Shown here piece after piece: positions 20,378 to 30,273 of a stretch of DNA of 64,000 nt. The notes under the pieces are model-generated. The model saw only the letters and a list, made by a program, of their open reading frames with translations. It ran no database searches and was not told the DNA's origin. Source of the stretch: Candidatus Omnitrophota bacterium (GTDB lineage: Bacteria > Hinthialibacterota > Hinthialibacteria > Hinthialibacterales > Hinthialibacteraceae); the NCBI GenBank assembly GCA_016934335.1, contig JAFGTC010000309.1, forward strand, positions 10,714-74,713, in the 5' to 3' direction. Position 1 is the stretch's first letter; the number at the start of each line of letters is the position of its first letter. Position numbers and translations under genes: made by a program.

Positions 20378-21625
20378 ATGCCGACTTACAGCTACAAAGC
20401 TTTGGATAAAGGCGGAAAAGAGATTAAAGGCTCTATTGAAGCGACTGGCGAAGAAGCGGTCGTCGAGCGCCTTCGCAGTATGGGGTATTATGTAACCCAG
20501 GTCAATCGGCAAAAAGGCAGCGTCGGCCAAGCCGACCTGATGGACCTTCCTTTAGTCCGGGCCATAGGAAAAGTCTTGTCTCGCGGCAAGGTGGGATTGA
20601 AGCATATTTCAGCTTTTTCCCGCCAGTTGGCGACTCTGATCGGCGCAGGCCTTCCCTTGCTGCGCAGCCTTCAAATCCTTCAAGAGCAGGTCGAAGATCG
20701 GAATTTGAAAGAAGCCCTGGATGGAATAACGGAATCCGTCGAAGGTGGAAGCACCCTTTCGGAAGCCATGGCCAAATATCCCAGGATTTTCAACCGCCTC
20801 TACGTCAACATGGTTCGGGCGGGCGAGATCGGCGGCGCCTTGGAGCGCGTCTTGGACCGCTTGGCTACATTTCAGGAAAAAGCGCAGGCGATTCGCTCCA
20901 AAGTGAAGGGCGCTATGTTCTATCCGGTCAGCGTCCTCACCATTTGTTTCGGCGTCGTCGGCGTTATTCTGGTTTTCGTCGTCCCGAAATTCGTCGAAAT
21001 GTATGAAGGGATGGGCGGCGAACTGCCCTGGATGACGCAGCTGCTCGCGGACCTAGGCGAAGGCCTTGTCACTTACTGGTACGCGCCGGTTCTGTTTGTC
21101 GTCGGAATGATCATGTTCTTTAAAACAGTCAACAGCATCGATCAAGGCCGTTATATCCTCGATAAAATCAAACTGCGGCTGCCGATTTTCGGCTCGATTA
21201 TACAGAAGTCGTCCATCGCCAACTTCGCGCGAACCTTCGGCACGCTTCTCGACACGGGCGTTCCGATTCTCCAAACGCTGCTCATCGTTAAGGATACCTC
21301 CAGCAACGAGGTCGTCGCTCGCGCGATGGTCGAAATTCACTCCTCCATACGCGACGGCGACACGATTTCCGAACCGATGAAATCCTTCCCCGTCTTCCCT
21401 CCGCTGGTTGTTCATATGATCGCCGTCGGCGAAGAAACCGGCGCCATCGACAAGATGCTGCTAAAAATCGCCGAAGCGTACGAGCGGGAGGTCGACGATG
21501 CGATTGAAGGAATGTCGAAACTGATCGAGCCCCTGCTCATCGTCGTGCTCGGCGGCATCATCGGTACGGTCGTCGTGGCTCTTTATCTGCCGATCTTCAA
21601 TATTTCGCAGCAGATCAAGACGTGA
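20378..21625 (+). CDS. gspF: Type II secretion / type IV pilus platform protein (GspF/PilC family), orphan
   Basis: 415 aa with two GspF-type repeats (each with a cytoplasmic domain followed by a TM helix). GGGAG RBS. No adjacent GspE/PilB ATPase or secretin in the window. Confidence 0.85.
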   Translation: MPTYSYKALDKGGKEIKGSIEATGEEAVVERLRSMGYYVTQVNRQKGSVGQADLMDLPLVRAIGKVLSRGKVGLKHISAFSRQLATLIGAGLPLLRSLQILQEQVEDRNLKEALDGITESVEGGSTLSEAMAKYPRIFNRLYVNMVRAGEIGGALERVLDRLATFQEKAQAIRSKVKGAMFYPVSVLTICFGVVGVILVFVVPKFVEMYEGMGGELPWMTQLLADLGEGLVTYWYAPVLFVVGMIMFFKTVNSIDQGRYILDKIKLRLPIFGSIIQKSSIANFARTFGTLLDTGVPILQTLLIVKDTSSNEVVARAMVEIHSSIRDGDTISEPMKSFPVFPPLVVHMIAVGEETGAIDKMLLKIAEAYEREVDDAIEGMSKLIEPLLIVVLGGIIGTVVVALYLPIFNISQQIKT

Positions 21626-21651
21626 TCGAAGCCGATTTTATTCAATCATTC

Positions 21652-21693
21652 CTCCCCCGCTCGAAGGAGTGTTCGGGCGGGGGAGTTTTATTT
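21652..21693 (+). terminator. Rho-independent terminator (CTCCCCCGC...GCGGGGGAG stem + TTTTATTT)
   Basis: Seen in sequence, 27 nt after the gspF stop. Confidence 0.65.
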
Positions 21694-21807
21694 AAAGAAT
21701 AAACCGTCAACCGATTCTTGCATCCCGCGGAGAATTTCCCACTTCGGCATCCTCCCTTTACGCGATATAATTTAAAGTTCTACTTCACACTGAAGCCGAG
21801 TTCGTTT

Positions 21808-23508
21808 ATGCCCGATTCAAAACCGGTTATTGTTCAAAGCGACAAAACTGTCTTTCTGGAAGTCGATTCGCCCGTCTTCGACGAGGCGCGCGACGCCTTG
21901 TGCGCCTTCGCCGAACTGACCAAATGCCCCGAACATATCCACACCTACGTCATTTCCCCCCTTTCGCTGTGGAATGCAGCCAGCGCCGGCTTGACGTCCG
22001 AAGACGTTCTGCAGACCCTGAATCGCTTTTCGCGCTATCCAACGCCCTCCAACGTTGAGATCGACATCCGCGAATACATGGGGCGCTACGGTCTCCTGAC
22101 GCTGGAGCGACGAGACGATTCCCTGGTTCTGCGCAGCGAAGATCCGATGCTGCTGGATCAAATCAGCCGTCACAAAAAAACCCATTCCTTTCTTGAAGAT
22201 CGGCTGGATCTGCATACAGTCAAAATCGGCGGCGCCTATCGCGGGCGATTGAAGCAATCTTTGGTCAAGATCGGCTTTCCCGTCAAAGATCAAGCGGGAT
22301 ATGTTGAAGGCGAACCTCTTCTAGTCGATTTGCGCGCCGCAATGCTGTCGGGGAAGGCATTCCAACTGCGCGATTATCAAAAAAACGCCGTTTCGTCTTT
22401 CTACCGTGACGGCGACAACGCCGGCGGAAGCGGCGTGGTTGTGCTGCCTTGCGGATCGGGTAAAACGGTGATCGGCCTGGGCGTCCTGGCCAAATTGCGC
22501 CGCCAGACATTGATTCTAGCGACAAACGTCGTCGCGCTGCGCCAGTGGAAGCGTGAGATCCTCGATAAAACTACTTTGACCGAAGATGAGGTAGGCGAGT
22601 ACAGCGGCGAATGCAAAGAAATCAAGCCGGTTACAATCGCCACCTACCAGATTTTGACTTATCACATCAAAAAGACGGATGAGTTTCCCCACTTAAAACT
22701 GTTCGAATCGCGTGACTGGGGATTGATCATCTACGATGAGGTTCATCTTTTGCCGGCGCCCGTGTTTCGAATCACAGCCGATATTCAGGCGCGGAGACGC
22801 CTGGGGCTGACGGCGACTTTGGTGCGCGAAGACGGCCTGGAAAGCGACGTCTTCAGTTTGATCGGCCCCAAATGCTACGACGTCCCCTGGAAAGTCCTTG
22901 AAAAACAAGGGTGGATTGCGCAAGCGGAATGCCATGAAATCCGCGCGCCGCTGCCCATCGAACAGCGCCGCGAATATGTCATGTCTCCGGCGCGCTCGCA
23001 ATATCGCATCGCTTCTGAAAATCCCATAAAAATGAATGTCCTGGAAGAATTGTTGGAAAAGCATAAGAATGATCGCATTCTCATTATTGGGCAATATCTG
23101 CGACAATTACGAATTGCGGCGAGTTCTTTCGGCATTCCTCTCCTTACGGGACAGACATCCAATGCGGAGCGAGAAAAACTGTATCAACAATTCCGCCGCG
23201 GCGAAATCACAAAACTGGTTGTTTCCAAAGTAGCCAACTTCGCCGTCGATCTTCCCGACGCCAACATCGCGATTCAAATCTCAGGATCGTTCGGCTCCCG
23301 GCAAGAGGAAGCCCAGCGCCTGGGCCGCATTCTTCGCCCGAAAAGCGAGGGGCAAATCGCCTATTTCTATTCGGTGATCACCCGCGACAGCAGCGAAGGC
23401 GAGTTCGCCCAGAAGCGCCAGCGATTTCTCACGGAGCAGGGCTACCATTATACCATCCGCAATCTGGATGACGACCAAGCCATGCCCCGCCCGTTGAGCG
23501 CGTTTTAA
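21808..23508 (+). CDS. XPB/ERCC3/Ssl2-like superfamily-2 DNA helicase (RED-motif)
   Basis: Walker A LPCGSGKT, DEVH box, diagnostic RED motif in TATLVREDG, and a C-terminal helicase domain. ATG at 21808. The track ORF begins at TTG 21718. Confidence 0.85.
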   Translation: MPDSKPVIVQSDKTVFLEVDSPVFDEARDALCAFAELTKCPEHIHTYVISPLSLWNAASAGLTSEDVLQTLNRFSRYPTPSNVEIDIREYMGRYGLLTLERRDDSLVLRSEDPMLLDQISRHKKTHSFLEDRLDLHTVKIGGAYRGRLKQSLVKIGFPVKDQAGYVEGEPLLVDLRAAMLSGKAFQLRDYQKNAVSSFYRDGDNAGGSGVVVLPCGSGKTVIGLGVLAKLRRQTLILATNVVALRQWKREILDKTTLTEDEVGEYSGECKEIKPVTIATYQILTYHIKKTDEFPHLKLFESRDWGLIIYDEVHLLPAPVFRITADIQARRRLGLTATLVREDGLESDVFSLIGPKCYDVPWKVLEKQGWIAQAECHEIRAPLPIEQRREYVMSPARSQYRIASENPIKMNVLEELLEKHKNDRILIIGQYLRQLRIAASSFGIPLLTGQTSNAEREKLYQQFRRGEITKLVVSKVANFAVDLPDANIAIQISGSFGSRQEEAQRLGRILRPKSEGQIAYFYSVITRDSSEGEFAQKRQRFLTEQGYHYTIRNLDDDQAMPRPLSAF

Positions 23509-23521
23509 ATAGGACAAATGG

Positions 23522-25036
23522 ATGAGTTTATTCAATCTTCTGGTCGACCTGCCTCATGAGCGGCTTCGCCGCCTGGCCAATGAATTTGGTGTTTCTTCCT
23601 CTTCGCCTTCCAAACGAACCATCTTGAATGACTTGACTATCCGATACCGCGACGAAGGCTTCCTTACGATCTTGGTTCAGAACCTGCCGAAAGAAACCCA
23701 AGGCTTCCTGCGCGCGCTGGTCTTTTTCACTCCCGAAACGGAATCCATTTTGATTCCAGAATCGCTTCTCCGCCCCTGGCGCGCCGTAACCGCCATCGAT
23801 GCGCTACTCACTCCCCTGCTGGATCTTGGACTCTTGTTTAACGATTCATCCTACCGGGAAGAGGCGCGCTTTATTTTCCCGGAAGAAATCCGCCGCACTA
23901 TGGAGAAAATATTCCTGGCGCCCTATCGAGAGTTCCAATTCCAGGGAGAAGTTGATTTGGAGCGAATTGCGGTTCGCTCGCCGGGATTGGAAGCGATTTA
24001 TCACCTCTTGTGCGTTATTCTTCATTATCGATCCGTTCAAACGCAAAAAGGCGCCATTCATCGTAAATCCGTCGAACGGTGGGCCTCGCGTCTGGGCGCA
24101 AATCCGCCGGGAGAAGATTTCTTCCATTTTGTCTTTTCGTTTTGCATGCGCGCCAATTTACTCGACCTTCACCGGGGCCGTTATCGCCCTTCTTCTCACG
24201 TATTGGAATGGTTTTCGCGCGACGAACGCCTTTTGCGCAACGAACTGTTCTCTTATTACTTGGAAACGAGATTGATGTCCAATCCATTGATGCATCTTCT
24301 GCCGATTCTATTTCGTACGGCGCAAGATTGGATTGCCAAACATCTCAAATCCCCGGTTTTCTCTATTCCCGATTTTGTTTCGCAAATGGGGGAGGAAGTG
24401 TGCGAGGAAGAAATCCGCCTCGAATTGGATTGGTTTTCGCATGTAGGATTGATTCAATTTCACGATCCATTTACGCCTGACGCGTTTTTCTTAACTCGCG
24501 ACGGAATCGAATTTCTTTGTCGCCGCAGGCTTCCTCCTCAGCCGCCGGCCCCCAAAGACTATTGCGTGCTGCAGCCGAATTTCGATCTCCTGGCTCCTCC
24601 CGGCGTTGGGTATCCGGATCTGTGGAGGCTGGAGCACCTGGCGGAATTCAAGCGGCGGGATATTTACACCGAGTACCATCTCTCGCAGCAAAGCATTCTG
24701 TTCGGCATGCGCCGCGGCTGGACGCATGACGAAACGCTTGCCTTCATTCATGAACTCACCGGAGGGAAGTTATCCAGCAACGTCAAATACAGTTTGGATG
24801 AATGGTGCAGGAAATATGGACAAATCACTCTTCACCGCACCGTTCTCGTGGAATGCGCCACCCCCGAGTTGGCGGATGAAATTTCTCATATCCCTGAAAT
24901 CAGTTCCCTGCTGGAGCGGCGAATTTCGGATCGCTGCTATGCCGCTTCAGAAACCCACGCCCGCGACGTATTGCGACTTCTGCGTGAGCGCGGCTACGAA
25001 CCTTCCGCCGCCAAGCGATTGACCGATGAAGAATAA
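23522..25036 (+). CDS. XPB-associated partner protein, 504 aa, unknown function
   Basis: Starts 14 nt after the helicase stop with AGGA RBS. No catalytic motifs recognised by eye. Co-directional and almost certainly co-transcribed. Confidence 0.5.
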   Translation: MSLFNLLVDLPHERLRRLANEFGVSSSSPSKRTILNDLTIRYRDEGFLTILVQNLPKETQGFLRALVFFTPETESILIPESLLRPWRAVTAIDALLTPLLDLGLLFNDSSYREEARFIFPEEIRRTMEKIFLAPYREFQFQGEVDLERIAVRSPGLEAIYHLLCVILHYRSVQTQKGAIHRKSVERWASRLGANPPGEDFFHFVFSFCMRANLLDLHRGRYRPSSHVLEWFSRDERLLRNELFSYYLETRLMSNPLMHLLPILFRTAQDWIAKHLKSPVFSIPDFVSQMGEEVCEEEIRLELDWFSHVGLIQFHDPFTPDAFFLTRDGIEFLCRRRLPPQPPAPKDYCVLQPNFDLLAPPGVGYPDLWRLEHLAEFKRRDIYTEYHLSQQSILFGMRRGWTHDETLAFIHELTGGKLSSNVKYSLDEWCRKYGQITLHRTVLVECATPELADEISHIPEISSLLERRISDRCYAASETHARDVLRLLRERGYEPSAAKRLTDEE

Positions 25037-25115
25037 AGGCGTCTTCTCATCAGCCGCAAGAGACGCCTCTTAAATGTACATATGATTTTACTCTAAGCCG
25101 TTAATTCAAAGAAAG

Positions 25116-25985
25116 TTACGATCCAAGCGACGCCATGCTCCAATGGGAGCGCGGCCCTCTTGGCGGCCGGTTCCTTCGATCCCACTCTATGCGCCTCGGA
25201 TCATTTTTGATCGAATCCTGCACTTGCGTTTTCATAGCGGACCATTTTTCCTGCTGCTCGTTGGTAAGAATTTGTTGCGCCTTTTCGAGAAATTCAGCCT
25301 GAGCCAATTGAAAATCCTGCTGATTATTTACGTCAAGCGCATCGAAATCGTAAGCATAATCATCATTCCTTTGCGCTTCCACGAGAGCGATGGCGTAAGG
25401 CAGCAGGCGAGTTCGTTGAAGCTCGTTAACTTGGATTTTGCGCAAAGCCCGCAATTCCACTATCGGGGATAATCCCCAGAATCTCTTTAATACATCCGAT
25501 GCAAGTTCCCATTCATCGGGAGATAATTGTCCTTCTATTTTTTCTCCCAACCGCGCGACGGCCGTCTCTTCCCATGGGTGGATAAGTAGTCGTCTGGGAG
25601 GCATAAGCGGCGGCTTCTGTCCCGACGCACCTTGGCCAGGCCGCCACGCTTCTCGTTTTTCACCCTGCTCAGATTTAATTTCTTCTAACGCTTCATTTCG
25701 CGATTGAATATAAAGCGCAAAAAGTTCTTCGGAGAGAAATGGATCAAGCAGCAGCGCGTCGCAGACGATCTCAAAGCGCGCCCATTCGCGAGGATTTTTC
25801 ACAACAAGTTCGGATGGAATCTGACCGGTCAAACGGCCGTAATAGTATCGGGCTTTATCGGCATAATAATCCACCGCGCATGAAAATTTATTTTGGAGAA
25901 ATACTTTGAAATCATCGTTGAAACCATTCAATACAAAATTAAAGCCGATGAGTAATACTATTAAAAAAATAAACAATCGATTCAT
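25116..25985 (-). CDS. Membrane-anchored hypothetical protein, paralog of 58606-59439
   Basis: N-terminal TM helix (LFIFLIVLLIGFNFVL). Conserved blocks shared with the 58606 gene: C-x3-YY, TGQxP, REWxRFxIxCDALLLD, ELFxLYI, LRALR, QILxNxQxxxWxxM. ATG at 25985. Confidence 0.5.
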   Translation of the reverse strand: MNRLFIFLIVLLIGFNFVLNGFNDDFKVFLQNKFSCAVDYYADKARYYYGRLTGQIPSELVVKNPREWARFEIVCDALLLDPFLSEELFALYIQSRNEALEEIKSEQGEKREAWRPGQGASGQKPPLMPPRRLLIHPWEETAVARLGEKIEGQLSPDEWELASDVLKRFWGLSPIVELRALRKIQVNELQRTRLLPYAIALVEAQRNDDYAYDFDALDVNNQQDFQLAQAEFLEKAQQILTNEQQEKWSAMKTQVQDSIKNDPRRIEWDRRNRPPRGPRSHWSMASLGS

Positions 25986-26293
25986 TATGCGGTAATCTCC
26001 CATACGATGACTAAAAACCAATTATTTGTTGGACTCGCAAATACCCTTAATCTATATTTAAGCAAATTTCGAACCATTCGACAACAAAATCTCGCCTTCT
26101 TTTACAAATACGCAAATCCATAGAATTAAAAGAATTTGAGGGTTTATTGGAGCAGAGCCGCTTTTTCCCGGGGATTTCCATTTGCGCAAAATTTGCTCAC
26201 AGCAGACCATTCTGAGAAAAATATGCGCGCAGCCTGCCTCGGATGATGAGAAGGGAAGGACGAATCTTCATCAAAGCGGATGATTCATTAACG

Positions 26294-27640
26294 TTATTGG
26301 TTCTTTTGAAATTCTTCTTCGATAGAGGATCGCCATTTTTGATTGTTGCCGTCGCCGATATCCCGAGTCGGCCCGCCTCGGCCTCGATCGGGGCCGACAA
26401 GAAGAGAAAAGCGGGTTTCCACATCCGGCGCCACCTGCGTATAGAATACATGAGACCGCATATGGCGCATATTTCGCAGGCGTCCTTCATAAACTCCTTG
26501 CCGCATCGCAGGATTGACAAGTTCTTTGAGATGGCCGTTCAAATTGACTTGATGGGGCAGGTCTTGCGAGAGTTCGATTCGCAGGCTTCCATAGTCGCGC
26601 CGACCGAAATGCGCTTCTTCGACGACATGAAAGTACATGATCGCTATCGACGCCGCAATCGGAACGGCCAGCGCCGCTCGCCGGAATGACGATCGACGCC
26701 ATTCGGGAAGATAGGTCATCAGCAGCAGAAGACAAGGCGCCGATTCGAGAGCGAACAAATCCCAATCCTGATAAACGCCCAGGTTGGGATGCCATGTCAG
26801 AGTGAAAAACGTGAATCCGATTGTATAGAGAAAGAGAAACAGCCGCTCTTTTTGAAAGAGCGTGCGCCAGCCCCATGTCGCCGCCGCCCAGAAAATCGCC
26901 GGCCAGAAAATCCACGACCGGGCCGTCCATGCATACAGGCAGTCGGTTAAATGACCCCACTCAAACATAAGATAGAAGCGTTCGCCCGATGGATCTCCCA
27001 AAAGAGGGATAAAATTTTTGGAGGGGGAGAGTCCCTGAACCTCAATGCCCAAAATGGTCGAATGATTTTTCATGATGAAAGCGGCGGCTGTCAGCAGCAG
27101 CCCGCCGGCCAAGCCGTAATAATCTTTCCAATTTTTGCGAAGCAAGGGCAGCGCCAGCAAACTGGGAAACGCAAACATGATGCCCATATGCATCCAAACC
27201 GCCAGAGAAAAAGACAGCGACGCATGCAGGCTGGAGAAGCGGCCGCGCAGATAGCCTACGCCGGCATAGCCATAATAAAAAAGAGTCGCCAGAAACATCG
27301 TGTAATATTCGGTGTGGCCTGTGCATAGAAGAAGAAGTCCCGACGAAGCGAACAGCCCCAACCCCCAAAGAGGATTGACGCCGATGAAATCTCGATTGAA
27401 TTTCAACAGCATCCAGACGGCGGCGGCGCCCGCGATGCAGGAGACCAGGTTGATCACGCTGAATCCATCCCATCCCCACGGCTGCAATATTTCATAGGCG
27501 AAATAAAAAACGGCCTGCGACAGCAGTTCGGTCTGGACGAAGACAACGCCCCCCTCAACCATCCGAGTCAATTGATCGCCGTCGCCGGAATAGATTTGCG
27601 AGCGATAGATCCAAAACAACACGCCCAATGCGGCGCTCAC
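26294..27640 (-). CDS. Polytopic (10-12 TM) membrane protein, possible GT-C-like glycosyltransferase / DUF2723-like. Start uncertain.
   Basis: Highly hydrophobic with many Trp/Tyr-rich helices. The track ORF (to 27820) overlaps the groEL 3-prime end by 100 nt. A GTG at 27640 precedes the first TM helix, but no SD is evident. Confidence 0.45.
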   Translation of the reverse strand: MSAALGVLFWIYRSQIYSGDGDQLTRMVEGGVVFVQTELLSQAVFYFAYEILQPWGWDGFSVINLVSCIAGAAAVWMLLKFNRDFIGVNPLWGLGLFASSGLLLLCTGHTEYYTMFLATLFYYGYAGVGYLRGRFSSLHASLSFSLAVWMHMGIMFAFPSLLALPLLRKNWKDYYGLAGGLLLTAAAFIMKNHSTILGIEVQGLSPSKNFIPLLGDPSGERFYLMFEWGHLTDCLYAWTARSWIFWPAIFWAAATWGWRTLFQKERLFLFLYTIGFTFFTLTWHPNLGVYQDWDLFALESAPCLLLLMTYLPEWRRSSFRRAALAVPIAASIAIMYFHVVEEAHFGRRDYGSLRIELSQDLPHQVNLNGHLKELVNPAMRQGVYEGRLRNMRHMRSHVFYTQVAPDVETRFSLLVGPDRGRGGPTRDIGDGNNQKWRSSIEEEFQKNQ

Positions 27641-27719
27641 AGCGGCGGCGCGCCGGGAAATAAAACAGCCCGCAGAAATCCACGGGCTGTTGGACGATTC
27701 ACACGATGTCGGGCTGGCA

Positions 27720-29351
<1,632 letters not shown>

Positions 29352-29424
29352 TTATTCGATTCCAACTCTATTTCCATATTGGTAAAAAAAGCCGGATGGC
29401 TTTGATTCTCTTAATGCCGGACGA

Positions 29425-30270
29425 TTAAATCGCCTCGACGGCCGATTCCGGCATCCAGCCGGTGAATGAGGCGTTACCGGGCAGGAGGATGCGCACCCAA
29501 TCGCCCTGTTCTTGAACCCAACGTACTTTGGTCCCCTCATGCAGAGAGAAGGAGGTGGAGAAATCGTCTCCCGGCCCCGTTTTAATTTCCACCGCAGAGG
29601 CCATAACGACGGCTTCCTTGATATACTCGTATTGATAAATTCTCAATGCGGAGGATAAACAAAGAAGTATAAACGCAATACTGACGATCCAACAAGGGAT
29701 GGACAACCACGCCCCCCTACGCGCCGCGGGAAGAAGCAATCGCATGATGAATAATCCGGACAAAATCCAAAACAAAAAAACCGTCGTCCACAGCGATTCA
29801 CGCAGATTGAGTTTCCGGTGAACGCCGATCAAGAATCCCAGCGTGCCGCCGTATTCGGGGCCGCGAAACTCTTCATCGGCCAGCAGTCCGCGCGCATATT
29901 CGTAATTCACGCGCAAATCGTGGAATCGAGGCAGCCATTGCAGGGCTCGTTCATACCAAAGAATCGATTTCCCCAACTGCCCCAATCGAAAATAGGCATT
30001 GCCGATATTGTAGTTTAGATGCCCGTTGCGAACGCCGATGTCATATAAATCAAGGTAGCCTTCCAGCGCTTTTTCGGGTTGATTGTCGAGGTAAAAGTCG
30101 TTGGCGTGCTTGTATATTTCCTCCTTGCTCAATCCGGCGGGATAATCGGAGGAAAGAGAAGGGGGCGAATCGTTCTCGGCGGAATTCGCCCAGATTGGAA
30201 AAACGATACCGACCACAGCCAGCCAGGCAATCGAATGGAAAATGCGCTGCAACGAGTCTCTCCTTTGCAT
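29425..30270 (-). CDS. BatE-like protein (TPR-like N-terminus, two TM helices, SH3b-like C-terminus)
   Basis: Position after BatD (3-nt gap). TPR-like helical repeats and C-terminal beta-rich domain. Assignment is by operon context. Confidence 0.5.
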   Translation of the reverse strand: MQRRDSLQRIFHSIAWLAVVGIVFPIWANSAENDSPPSLSSDYPAGLSKEEIYKHANDFYLDNQPEKALEGYLDLYDIGVRNGHLNYNIGNAYFRLGQLGKSILWYERALQWLPRFHDLRVNYEYARGLLADEEFRGPEYGGTLGFLIGVHRKLNLRESLWTTVFLFWILSGLFIMRLLLPAARRGAWLSIPCWIVSIAFILLCLSSALRIYQYEYIKEAVVMASAVEIKTGPGDDFSTSFSLHEGTKVRWVQEQGDWVRILLPGNASFTGWMPESAVEAI

Positions 30271-30273
30271 GGA

